Assembly (NCBI GenBank): GCA_016788905.1
Contig: JAEURZ010000014.1
Location: forward strand, 14,707 to 78,706
Length of the DNA stretch: 64,000 bases
Source of the DNA: Elusimicrobiota bacterium
Lineage (GTDB): Bacteria; Elusimicrobiota; Elusimicrobia; FEN-1173
Reading direction: 5' to 3'
Position 1 is the first letter of the stretch, and every line of letters begins with the position of its first letter. A program made the translations under genes and the position numbers. Below are positions 30,893-39,605 of the stretch, one piece after another. The notes beneath the pieces were generated by a model, which saw only the letters and a list, made by a program, of their open reading frames with translations, did not search any database and was not told where the DNA came from.

Positions 30893-30934
30893 ATGCTTAC
30901 AAAACATAATGTTTATTAAACATTATGTTGTTGG
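30893..30934. repeat. Left copy of palindrome-containing inverted repeat (ATGCTTACAAAACATAATGTTTATTAAACATTATGTTG) flanking the DUF234 ATPase gene
   Basis: Contains AACATAATGTT and its complement AACATTATGTT; 19/22 identical to the reverse complement of 32247-32268. Confidence 0.7.
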
Positions 30935-32217
30935 AGAAGGGAACCGATATCGGACATCCCCAAAATTCGATATTCGACAGGCGACAACGTTGAACTTAAG
31001 CGTGTTGAGATAAACCGACGCTCCAAATCCCGCGTCAGGCCAGCTCGTTCATCTGAAGAAAGTGCCCGCCATTTGCATTCCCCCACCAGGTGCGCACGTT
31101 GAGAAGGGATCCGCGCCACCACATCGATTTCGACCAAACTTTCCCAGTATCTCCCACCACCCGGAAAACGGGACCGACAAAAAATCTCCCATTGACGGGC
31201 CACATGCTGATGAATTCTCTCCAGTTTTTCCTTGGAATCCATCGCCCCCCATCGGTGTCGCGTGGGCAAATAGACGCTGTAGTAAAAGCGCAAGGCAGGG
31301 TCCTGAATGGTGTAAAGAACCTTTTTCGTGGAGCGTGGAGTTTGTCCAAAGGGGGATTCCCGGTTCACAAAGCCCAGATCCAAGAGGAGAGCCAGCGGTC
31401 GGGACAGGTTCCCTTGGGGAAGTCCCAACCGAGACGCGAGCTCTCCTGGTTTTGACACCCCACGCCCAATCAGGTCCACCAGCGCTTTCGCGACCGTGCC
31501 CGACACCCCTTCTTCCGTCAACCAGGCGGACGGCTCTGCCGCCAAGGGCGCGGACGGACGGTAATACAATTCCTCCACCTGTTCTAAAAGCGACCCACGC
31601 GGCATCATCCGCCAATAGTGAGGAACGCCTCCCACTATAGAGTATCGACTAAACGTGAGGGGATCCAAGGGATTATAGTGGAGTGCCCGACAGAACCATT
31701 CGTAAGGAAGGGGATCCAAGTTTAAATGGAAATCGGCGCGCCCAAAGAGAGGAGACTCTTGACGCAGGAAATGAGAATGCAGCATGGATTGGGAAGACCC
31801 AGAGACCAAAAGGAGGGTTTTGTGTTTCGGGAGTTCGTGGTCCACCCATTCCTGGAGAACGCTGGGAAGCGTGGGATCCCCCTGGACCCAGTAAGGAAAT
31901 TCGTCGAAGACGACCAAGCTCGGCCATTTTTCTCGGGAAAGGAGCGAAAGGAATTCCACCCAGCTTTTGGGAACCACACTTTTGAGGATCGGGAAATGGG
32001 ATTGAAACTCCTCGGCCAAGTGGAGAATTTGTTGTTGGGGTGTTCCCTCAACGGCTTGATGATACAGCCCCCCCCCCTCCTGACAGATTTCCCCCAGAAG
32101 AGCCGTTTTTCCCACACGACGGCGTCCCGTGACTAAACCGAACCCTCCGTGACGGAGAGCGCGGCGTAATTGCTTTAGTTCATCGGTCCGGTTCCAAAAC
32201 ACGCGCAGAGGGGCCAT
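30916..32217 (-). CDS. AAA+ ATPase with C-terminal DUF234 (PD-(D/E)xK-like) domain (archaeal-ATPase family)
   Basis: Walker A GLVTGRRRVGKTALL, Walker B LVVFDEF, C-terminal EIDVVA...VGECKW typical of DUF234; ATG at 32217 preferred over the TTG two codons upstream. Confidence 0.7.
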   Translation of the reverse strand: MAPLRVFWNRTDELKQLRRALRHGGFGLVTGRRRVGKTALLGEICQEGGGLYHQAVEGTPQQQILHLAEEFQSHFPILKSVVPKSWVEFLSLLSREKWPSLVVFDEFPYWVQGDPTLPSVLQEWVDHELPKHKTLLLVSGSSQSMLHSHFLRQESPLFGRADFHLNLDPLPYEWFCRALHYNPLDPLTFSRYSIVGGVPHYWRMMPRGSLLEQVEELYYRPSAPLAAEPSAWLTEEGVSGTVAKALVDLIGRGVSKPGELASRLGLPQGNLSRPLALLLDLGFVNRESPFGQTPRSTKKVLYTIQDPALRFYYSVYLPTRHRWGAMDSKEKLERIHQHVARQWEIFCRSRFPGGGRYWESLVEIDVVARIPSQRAHLVGECKWRALSSDERAGLTRDLERRFISTRLSSTLSPVEYRILGMSDIGSLLQQHNV

Positions 32218-32227
32218 GGCCAATAAT

Positions 32228-32268
32228 AATGCTAGTTAAACATTATGTTTGTCAAGCATTATGTTTAA
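32228..32268. repeat. Right copy of inverted repeat (AAACATTATGTTTGTCAAGCATTATGTTTAA) between cobA-hemD stop and ATPase start
   Basis: Two tandem ACATTATGTTT units; reverse complement ATGCTTGACAAACATAATGTTT matches 30893-30914. Confidence 0.7.
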
Positions 32269-33797
32269 GACAACGTTTTGACGACCGCGCGGGCGAGATC
32301 TTCAACGGTGGCGGAACCGGTGGCCTGAAGGGGGCGGATGCCCCCGGCGCGAAGCGCTTGGCTTGTGATCGGGCCGATGGAGACGGCGCGGGTCCGGGAA
32401 AAAATTCGTTGACGCTCCCGGGGGGTGAAATTCCTCATGAAGGAGGTGGCCGTTGACGAGGATGTAAACGTGACGGCGTCCATCTCACCGGCTCGAAGCG
32501 TGGCCTGGGCCTCCGGGGTGAGGGCCACCGGCTTTGTTTCGTAAAGGGGCCACAGGTCCACGGAGGCCCCGCGACGGGCCAAGACCGTTTGGATCACATC
32601 CCGGCCTTCTCGGGCCCGAACCAAAAGATACTTTTTCCCTCTCAGGGTTCGCCCGAACAAGGAGACCACTCCTTCCGATTGAAAGGTGTCAGCGGTTCGA
32701 TAAACACGAAGATCCTCAGACCGAAGGGCGTCCGCCGTTTTAGCCCCAATCGCGTAGAGAGGAAGGCAGGCCCGCCCCTTAAGATGTCTGGACAAAATTT
32801 TAGCTCCGTTCGCGCTGGTGACGATGAGACCATCATACTCCGAGAGTTTTTTTAAGAATTGCCGCCCGGTGGTATTGAGGGGCAACGGGGTGATGGCGAT
32901 GAGCGGGCTTTCGATGACACGGGCTCCCGATTCTTCTAAAAGCCCGGTGAGACCGGAGGCTTGATCCCGAGCGCGCGTCACAAGAACCGTTTTCCCAAAG
33001 AGGGGCCGTTTTTCAAACCAGTTCAGTTTAGTCCGAAACCCGGCAACATCACCCACCACAATGATCGCGGGCGCCCCAAGACGTTCCGCTTTCACTCTCT
33101 GGGAAATATTCTCCAACGTGCCGCGAACGGTCTTCTGTTGAGGCCAACTCCCCCATTGAACGACGGCCGCCGGGAGTGAAGACGGCCATCCGAGATCCAA
33201 AAGTCTCCGGGCGATCACGGGCAACTGGTTGAGACCCATCAAAACCACCAAGGTCCCCGTGGGTGAAATTTTAGCCCAATCCACCCCCGGCCCCCGCCGG
33301 CGGGCCGACTGCCCGGCGCTCTCTCCCAAATAGGGGTTTTCTCGGCCTTCATGCCCCGTCACCACTGTGAGTGCAGACGCGTGACCCCGGTGAGTTAATG
33401 GAATGCCCGCCAATCCGGGGACCGAGGTGACCGAACTCACACCGGGGACCACCTCAAAGGGAATCCCCTGATCAGCCAAGGCTTCCGCCTCTTCCGCTCC
33501 CCGACCAAAGAAGTAAGGATCTCCGCCTTTTAACCGCACGACAGTTTTCCCCTGTTTCGCTAACCGAACAATCAGCCGGTTAATGTCGGGTTGCCGTAGA
33601 AACACCCGCCCTCCGCCCCGCTTCCCCGCTTCGATAATTTTCACTTTGGGGGAACAGTGGGATAAAATTCGCCGGTCCACCAGGGCATCCAACACCACCA
33701 CATCGGCCCGGCGGAGACACTCCACCCCGCGCAAGGTCATTAAATCCGGACGACCGGGACCGGCACCAACCAGGTAAACTGTTTTTGATGGGATCAC
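32265..33797 (-). CDS. cobA/hemD: Fused uroporphyrinogen-III C-methyltransferase / uroporphyrinogen-III synthase (CobA-HemD)
   Basis: N-terminal VYLVGAGPGRPDLMTLRG SUMT motif; C-terminal half has the HemD fold; 510 aa. Confidence 0.85.
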   Translation of the reverse strand: MIPSKTVYLVGAGPGRPDLMTLRGVECLRRADVVVLDALVDRRILSHCSPKVKIIEAGKRGGGRVFLRQPDINRLIVRLAKQGKTVVRLKGGDPYFFGRGAEEAEALADQGIPFEVVPGVSSVTSVPGLAGIPLTHRGHASALTVVTGHEGRENPYLGESAGQSARRRGPGVDWAKISPTGTLVVLMGLNQLPVIARRLLDLGWPSSLPAAVVQWGSWPQQKTVRGTLENISQRVKAERLGAPAIIVVGDVAGFRTKLNWFEKRPLFGKTVLVTRARDQASGLTGLLEESGARVIESPLIAITPLPLNTTGRQFLKKLSEYDGLIVTSANGAKILSRHLKGRACLPLYAIGAKTADALRSEDLRVYRTADTFQSEGVVSLFGRTLRGKKYLLVRAREGRDVIQTVLARRGASVDLWPLYETKPVALTPEAQATLRAGEMDAVTFTSSSTATSFMRNFTPRERQRIFSRTRAVSIGPITSQALRAGGIRPLQATGSATVEDLARAVVKTLS

Positions 33798-34318
33798 GAT
33801 CGTTTTTCAAAACCAATTTTGCGGATCGGGTGAGTCGGTCCATCCAGAAGGGGATGAATCAGGTCGAACATTTTTTGGACGTAGTCGGTGAGCCCCTCGG
33901 TTCTTTTCTCTTGCGCCGCGATGCGTCGAGCAAGATCTCGATGCAGGGAGATCCCCTGGCGAAGCCGAACGAAAGCACGCATAATGGCAATGTTGACATC
34001 AATAGCGCGTGGGCTACGAAGCACACCCGACAACATGGCGACGCCCTGCTCGGTAAAAACGTAGGGGCGCGCCTTAGGATCGCGGTGCTTTTGCGAACCG
34101 GTCACAATCTGTGACCGGTTCAGCTGTCGTAATTCACCCAAGGATAATTGGAACATAAAATCATCTGGAAACCGTTTGAGGTTACGTCGAACCGCTTGGT
34201 TTAATACTTTTGTGGGGACCCCATAGAGGGTGGCCAGATCTTTGTCCATCATGACCTTGTGCCCACGAATCAAATAGATTTGTTCATGGATGCGCTGTTC
34301 AGGAATGAGGAAACTCAT
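33794..34318 (-). CDS. ORF6N-domain protein (KilA-N-related, phage antirepressor-like DNA-binding protein)
   Basis: IRGHKVMMDKDLATLYGVPTKVLNQAVRRNLKRFPDDFMFQLS matches the ORF6N domain consensus; 174 aa; 4-nt overlaps with both neighbours. Confidence 0.7.
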   Translation of the reverse strand: MSFLIPEQRIHEQIYLIRGHKVMMDKDLATLYGVPTKVLNQAVRRNLKRFPDDFMFQLSLGELRQLNRSQIVTGSQKHRDPKARPYVFTEQGVAMLSGVLRSPRAIDVNIAIMRAFVRLRQGISLHRDLARRIAAQEKRTEGLTDYVQKMFDLIHPLLDGPTHPIRKIGFEKRS

Positions 34319-35235
34319 GGGAGAAGAGTTTCTAGAATTTCCAGGGCCCCTTGATTAAGCAGACGTTGGGCAAGAGTTTGTCCTATTTTGGGGGCGTCAG
34401 TGAGGAGACCAGTTTCTGTGCCTTTCACATCATTTTTACCATCGACGGACGTGACCCGTCCATCCAAAACAAGTTGGCCCGCCTCTTCCCGGGCGTACGC
34501 CGCGATGGGAACGCGACATCCGCCTCCCAGAGCCGCCAGGAAGCCGCGCTCCGCGATGGCGGCGTGTTGGCCAGGCAGATGATTGAGCTGGGACACCCAT
34601 TTCATCGTCTCAGGATCTTCTCCGCGAATTTCGATGGCCACAAACCCTTGGCCGGGCGCGGGGAGAACAAGATCGAATGGCAAAACTTCCGTCACCTCTT
34701 CGGCCCGGCCCAAGCGACGCACCCCGGCGTAAGCCACCACCACGGCCGAAAAATCTCCCGCCGCCACCCGACCCAAACGGGTGTCCAAATTCCCCCGCAG
34801 ATCTTCAATCCGGATGCCTTTTTTGACCGCACGGATTTGGGCCTGTCGGCGGAGCGAACTGGTTCCGATGACCGATCCCCGGGGGAGTTCCATCAACTGT
34901 TCCCCGAACCGCGACACCACACAATCCCGGGGATCTTCCCTCTCCAAGATGGCGCCGACCATTAATCCCGAAGGGAGTTCCGTAGGAAGATCTTTCAGCG
35001 AATGGACCGCCAGGTCCACGGTCTTGGAGAGAAGGGCTTCTTCCAACTCTTTGGTGAACACCCCTTTCCCGCCAATCGACGCGAGGGAAGCGTCCGCCAA
35101 ACGATCCCCCGTGGTTTTAATGATTTGGAGATCGACTTGAAGACCCGGGGAAAGAGATTCCAATCGACTTTTGACAAAGCGGGATTGGGCCAGAGCTAAG
35201 GCGCTTCCGCGTGTGCCGATCGTTAAACGGGTCAT
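34315..35235 (-). CDS. hemC: Hydroxymethylbilane synthase (porphobilinogen deaminase) HemC
   Basis: LTIGTRGSALALAQ N-terminus and dipyrromethane cofactor Cys region; 306 aa. Confidence 0.9.
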   Translation of the reverse strand: MTRLTIGTRGSALALAQSRFVKSRLESLSPGLQVDLQIIKTTGDRLADASLASIGGKGVFTKELEEALLSKTVDLAVHSLKDLPTELPSGLMVGAILEREDPRDCVVSRFGEQLMELPRGSVIGTSSLRRQAQIRAVKKGIRIEDLRGNLDTRLGRVAAGDFSAVVVAYAGVRRLGRAEEVTEVLPFDLVLPAPGQGFVAIEIRGEDPETMKWVSQLNHLPGQHAAIAERGFLAALGGGCRVPIAAYAREEAGQLVLDGRVTSVDGKNDVKGTETGLLTDAPKIGQTLAQRLLNQGALEILETLLP

Positions 35236-36317
35236 CCGGGCTCCGCCTCAACGCTTAAGGATTCGCGGGAGTTGTGGCGGAGCGCCGCGGTGGTTCCCTG
35301 CCGCCAGGAATCATACCAGGGCGAAAACTCCTTGGCTTTTTCATCCACCAGCCGCCCGGCCTTGTCGATCTCCGACTCGCGTTGGACCAGACTTTCGGAG
35401 ACGATCCCTTCCAAGTCGTCGATGTTGTAGAGATAAACGCTGTCCAATTCATCCACAGCGGGATCCACATCCCGGGGAACCGCAATGTCAATAAAAAAGA
35501 GGGGTCGCCCATGGCGCTCATCGATAACGCGCGCGATGTCTTCTTTCTTAAAAATAGTTCCGGCCGCACCTGTGGAACATATGACGATGTCCGCTTGAAC
35601 CAGTTCTTGGGGAAGGGCTTCGAAGGGGGTGGGATGGGCCCCGAACTGTTCCGCCATGGCGACCGCTTTTTCAAGCGTGCGGTTGGCGATCGTGAGTCGC
35701 CCCACCTTTTGGCTTTTGAGCGCCCGAGCCGCCAGTTCCGCCATGGCCCCGGCGCCGACGACCAGAGCACGGCTCTCGGATAGTTCCCCGAAAATGCGGC
35801 GGGCCAGGGAAACGGCCAGACTGGGAACTGAGGTGGGCCCCTCGGCAATTTTGGTTTCCGTGCGGACGGTTTTTCCCACAAACATGGCCCGCTGAAAAAG
35901 AACGTTGGTGAGTTTGCCCGTGGACTGGGATTGGCGGGCCAGATCGTAGGAGCGTTTCACTTGACCCAATATTTCGGCCTCTCCCACCACCAGGGAATCG
36001 AGCCCCGCCACCACGCGAAACAGGTGCCGGATCGCTGCATCGTCCTCCAAGGCGTACAAGCTTCCGTCCAACGAGACATCCCCGTGTAAATCCAACAGAC
36101 CTTTCCGCAAGAGACATTCGGCATCACCTTCCGGCGGGGTGGCGGCGTACACTTCCACGCGGTTGCAGGTGGAGAGGACCACCGCTTCCACGACACCCAC
36201 CGACTGGCGAAGGGAAAACAGGAAGGCCGGCAACCGATTGTCCGACACCGCCAACCGCTCCCGCCATTCCACGGGGGCGGTCCGGTGAGACACACCCACC
36301 ATGCGGAGCCGTTTCAT
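35232..36317 (-). CDS. hemA: Glutamyl-tRNA reductase HemA (start at internal Met MKRLRMVGVSHRTAPVEWRE)
   Basis: VGVSHRTAPVEWRERLA, catalytic Cys context LSTCNRVEVY, NADPH-binding GAGAMAELAARAL; ORF part upstream of 36317 overlaps the preceding gene. Confidence 0.85.
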   Translation of the reverse strand: MKRLRMVGVSHRTAPVEWRERLAVSDNRLPAFLFSLRQSVGVVEAVVLSTCNRVEVYAATPPEGDAECLLRKGLLDLHGDVSLDGSLYALEDDAAIRHLFRVVAGLDSLVVGEAEILGQVKRSYDLARQSQSTGKLTNVLFQRAMFVGKTVRTETKIAEGPTSVPSLAVSLARRIFGELSESRALVVGAGAMAELAARALKSQKVGRLTIANRTLEKAVAMAEQFGAHPTPFEALPQELVQADIVICSTGAAGTIFKKEDIARVIDERHGRPLFFIDIAVPRDVDPAVDELDSVYLYNIDDLEGIVSESLVQRESEIDKAGRLVDEKAKEFSPWYDSWRQGTTAALRHNSRESLSVEAEPG

Positions 36318-37228
36318 TGTTTTTCTATGGCCACGTAGCCGTGGGTCTTTGAAACATAGTTGATTCCCATGTAACTCACGAGAACAAGCCCAAATCCGGC
36401 GAGCGATAGGTAAGCCGCCCGCCGCCCCCGCCAATTAAACCCGTAACGGAGAACCAGATAGGCCAGGTAGACCGCCCAAACCACAACGGACCAAATGATT
36501 TTGGGATCCGATACCCAGCCGCCCCCCCATGACGAATGGGCCCAGACAATGCCCAACCCGAGCCCCAGGGTGAGCGCTGGGAATGCAACCGCGATGAGCC
36601 GCGCGATCAAACGATCCATTTCTTCTAAGGAAGGCAATCGATACCCCAACTCCGTGGGGCGCCGGGTTTTAATCTGGCGTTCTTGGATGAGAAAAGCCAA
36701 CCCAATTCCGAAGGCATTCGCGAACGCCGCGTAGGCCAAGAAAAGGAGAGGCACATGGATGGCGGCCCAAACGGAAACCGGCATGACCGACAGATGGCGC
36801 GTGGCGTCCGCGGCTTTAAGAAAGTCTTCAACCGAAGCAAACGGACACCGAGGACTTGCGAGGAACGCTTTGGTCAACGCCAATCCCATCAAGAGAAGAG
36901 CCCAGGGCAAAACGAAGGCCCCCAAGATGGCAAGCCGCGCCCGCGTTTGAACCCCCAGAAAAACAACAACGATCAAGAGAGAAAAGAGCGAGAGGCTCGT
37001 AAACCAATTGCTCCAAAACCCGTAGGCCACGTGGCCGGGCCGATGGCTTTCCGCCCAGAGGCCGAGCGCGAGGCTTGCGGCGTGGAGGACCACGGATCCC
37101 CAAAGAATCCGATGCCCCAGGGAACCGTGCCGGTCCCGACGGGAGAACACGTAGGTCAAATACAGGATCACCGCGGTCAGGTAACCAATAAACCCAAAAT
37201 CAAAAAGAAGCGCTTCAATTTTTTGCAC
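36314..37228 (-). CDS. Cytochrome c assembly (CcsA/HemX-like) integral membrane protein
   Basis: Multiple TM helices, W-rich segment (WAHSSWGGGW) typical of the CcsA/ResC heme-handling family; position upstream of hemA as hemX in hemAXCDBL; start (GTG 37228 or ATG 37297) uncertain. Confidence 0.55.
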   Translation of the reverse strand: MQKIEALLFDFGFIGYLTAVILYLTYVFSRRDRHGSLGHRILWGSVVLHAASLALGLWAESHRPGHVAYGFWSNWFTSLSLFSLLIVVVFLGVQTRARLAILGAFVLPWALLLMGLALTKAFLASPRCPFASVEDFLKAADATRHLSVMPVSVWAAIHVPLLFLAYAAFANAFGIGLAFLIQERQIKTRRPTELGYRLPSLEEMDRLIARLIAVAFPALTLGLGLGIVWAHSSWGGGWVSDPKIIWSVVVWAVYLAYLVLRYGFNWRGRRAAYLSLAGFGLVLVSYMGINYVSKTHGYVAIEKQ

Positions 37229-37865
37229 GGTTTCTCCTGACTCTCCGCATTTCCCGCTGGGCCACACGGCGGAACGAGGCCGTGGCCTGGCGGCCATCCG
37301 TTTTGAACCGATCCATCCATTCCCGCGTCACAAGCTCGGTGAGAAGGGTGCGCCGCGCGCGAATGGGAACCCGCAAAAGCTCCGAACGAAGACCCTTTAA
37401 TACCGCCGCCACCCGCCCCACTTCGGGGCCAAAACGGGCGCGCAGTTCCGCTCCAAGAAATTTTGCCACCGCCGGGCTCAGCCCACCCGTCGAGACCGCA
37501 AAGGTCACTGGCCCCCGCCGAACCACCGCCGGAACAATAAAATCGCAGAGGGGCGGGCGGTCCACCACGTTCACCCAAACCCGCCTGGAACGACAAAGCG
37601 CGGCGATCCGTGCGTGAAGCGCTTCATCATCCGTGGCGGCCACCACCAGCCAGGGCGCGGGAGATAAATCCCCCGGCCGAAAAGAACGTCGAATAACGCG
37701 AATCTCATTTAATCCACTGAACCCCGGCAAAACACGCGGGGCCACCACGGTCACTCGAGCCCCCGCGGACCGGAGATCTTGGGTTTTGTGCAGAGCCAGC
37801 CTCCCCCCCCCAACCACCAGGCATTCTTTTCCAGTCAGGTTCAAAAACGCGGGGTAAAATCCCAT
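37215..37865 (-). CDS. Precorrin-2 dehydrogenase / sirohydrochlorin ferrochelatase (SirC / CysG N-terminal domain)
   Basis: FLNLTGKECLVVGGGRLALHK Rossmann motif of siroheme synthase N-domain; 216 aa. Confidence 0.75.
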   Translation of the reverse strand: MGFYPAFLNLTGKECLVVGGGRLALHKTQDLRSAGARVTVVAPRVLPGFSGLNEIRVIRRSFRPGDLSPAPWLVVAATDDEALHARIAALCRSRRVWVNVVDRPPLCDFIVPAVVRRGPVTFAVSTGGLSPAVAKFLGAELRARFGPEVGRVAAVLKGLRSELLRVPIRARRTLLTELVTREWMDRFKTDGRQATASFRRVAQREMRRVRRNRAKN

Positions 37866-38006
37866 GGGAGGCAGGTCCTCCCGTCAATCATAGTCAAAAG
37901 GAGACCGGTCCGGCAACCCAGGCCCGTGATTAATCCCTATTATCGTTTTATTGATAAATCGAAAATAAACTGATACGCTGTTTTCGGCCTCGACAGAAGC
38001 CTTTCT

Positions 38007-39176
38007 ATGACGAACCTTACAAAATCCCCTGGACGCTGGATCCATCGACCGGAAGGTTATCGCGCCTTTCTCCCAAACCCCTTACCCCCTGGGCTTTCTT
38101 TTTCCCCTCGAGTGAGCCGCGCCTTGTCCGATGCGGACCTTCTCTTGGGACGGTTGGCCGGGGAGGGGAAACAGCTTCCCAATCCCCACCTGCTCATTCG
38201 CCCCTTTATCCGAAGAGAGGCCGTCCTTTCCAGCCGGATAGAGGGGACCCAAGCAACGCTCGGGGAACTTTTGGCCGTGGAAGCGGGGGCCGCGGTGGAG
38301 CGAAGCCCCTTAGATCTTCGGGAGGTCGGCAACTACGTCGTGGCCTTGGAACACGGCAGGGCTCGGCTTAAAAAGATCCCCCTTTCTCTTCGACTTATCC
38401 GTGAACTTCATGCGAAACTCATGAAGGGGATGGCCCCCCCCCATTGGACCCCGGGAGAATTTAGACGATCCCAGAACTGGATCGGCCCCTCAGGATGCAC
38501 GCTCATGAACGCCAGCTATGTCCCTCCACCACCGGAGGAATTGATGAATTGCCTGGGGTCCTGGGAAAAATTTCTCCATGATCAAACGTTCCCCCCCCTT
38601 ATTCAAATAGCCTTGGCTCACTACCAGTTTGAAGCCATCCATCCTTTCCTGGATGGGAACGGGCGCGTGGGACGCCTGCTTATTTCTCTTTTCTTAACGG
38701 AAAGGGGAATCCTTCCCACTCCGCTACTTTATCTCAGCGCTTTTTTTGAGGCCACGCGTCCGGAATATTACGAGCGGCTGAGCGGGGTGAGCGCCCGAGG
38801 GGAATGGGATCTCTGGCTCCTCTATTTCCTCAGCGGCGTTGCACGACAATCGGAAGATGCTTTGAGCCGAGCCGAACGAATCAATCGGATTTTGGCGGAT
38901 TGGAGAATCCTGACCGCCAAATCTCCATCAAAATTACCCCCACAGATCATTGACAGCCTGGCCGCAAATCCTTTTCTCACAACAAAATCGGCTATGCAAA
39001 CGTACGGAGTCGCCTTTTCAACCATCCAACGGGCCATCGAATTTCTCGTCCGACGGTCCGTTCTCAAAGAAGTCAGTGGAGGAAAGCGGGACCGGGTCTA
39101 TTGCGCTCAGAAAATTCTTAGAATTTTGGAAGAACCCGCCCAACTCCTTCCTTCTCCCCGGAGTAAAAGAATTTGA
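38007..39176 (+). CDS. fic: Fic-family protein (AMPylator) with N-terminal inhibitory motif and C-terminal winged HTH
   Basis: Active-site HPFLDGNGRVGR (HxFx(D/E)GNGRxxR); inhibitory helix motif SRIEGT ((S/T)xxxE(G/N)) near the N-terminus. Confidence 0.85.
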   Translation: MTNLTKSPGRWIHRPEGYRAFLPNPLPPGLSFSPRVSRALSDADLLLGRLAGEGKQLPNPHLLIRPFIRREAVLSSRIEGTQATLGELLAVEAGAAVERSPLDLREVGNYVVALEHGRARLKKIPLSLRLIRELHAKLMKGMAPPHWTPGEFRRSQNWIGPSGCTLMNASYVPPPPEELMNCLGSWEKFLHDQTFPPLIQIALAHYQFEAIHPFLDGNGRVGRLLISLFLTERGILPTPLLYLSAFFEATRPEYYERLSGVSARGEWDLWLLYFLSGVARQSEDALSRAERINRILADWRILTAKSPSKLPPQIIDSLAANPFLTTKSAMQTYGVAFSTIQRAIEFLVRRSVLKEVSGGKRDRVYCAQKILRILEEPAQLLPSPRSKRI

Positions 39177-39194
39177 CCTTCCCCATTCTTCCCC

Positions 39195-39605
39195 ATGGCT
39201 AAAAAAACTCTCGCCGATCTTCTCCGCGTCCAAGCCCAACTGCGCGCACCGGGAGGATGCCCCTGGGACCGGAAACAAACCCACAAGACTCTGTTGAAAC
39301 ATTTGCGGGAAGAGTCGGACGAAGTGGCCCAGGCCATTCGCAAGGGAGACATGGAAAACCTGCAAGAAGAATTGGGCGATCTTCTCCACCAGATTATTTT
39401 CCACGCACAAATCGCCCGGGAAAAGAAACTCTTCACCATGGCCGACGTAGTTGATGGCCTCTGCCGAAAAATCGTGCGTCGACACCCCCATGTCTTTGGT
39501 CGCTCGAAAGCGAAAAGCGTCAAAGATGTCCTTATTCAGTGGGATGAGATCAAACGCCGGGAAAAATTAGCCAAAGCCAAGAAAGCCGCGCGGATGAAGA
39601 GATGA
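39195..39605 (+). CDS. mazG: MazG-like nucleoside triphosphate pyrophosphohydrolase
   Basis: CPWDRKQTHKTLLKHLREESDEVAQAI...EELGDLL EExxE/D motifs; 136 aa. Confidence 0.8.
   Translation: MAKKTLADLLRVQAQLRAPGGCPWDRKQTHKTLLKHLREESDEVAQAIRKGDMENLQEELGDLLHQIIFHAQIAREKKLFTMADVVDGLCRKIVRRHPHVFGRSKAKSVKDVLIQWDEIKRREKLAKAKKAARMKR

Noticed and set aside
36318-36434. Longer N-termini of hemA (to 36434), hoxU (to 16969), the trmJ-like gene (to 59943), cdaA (to 55842) and the lipoprotein gene (to 19946)
   Set aside because: In each case the conserved family N-terminus starts at an internal Met that gives a 4-nt or small overlap with the upstream gene. The extensions overlap neighbouring genes and are R/G-rich.
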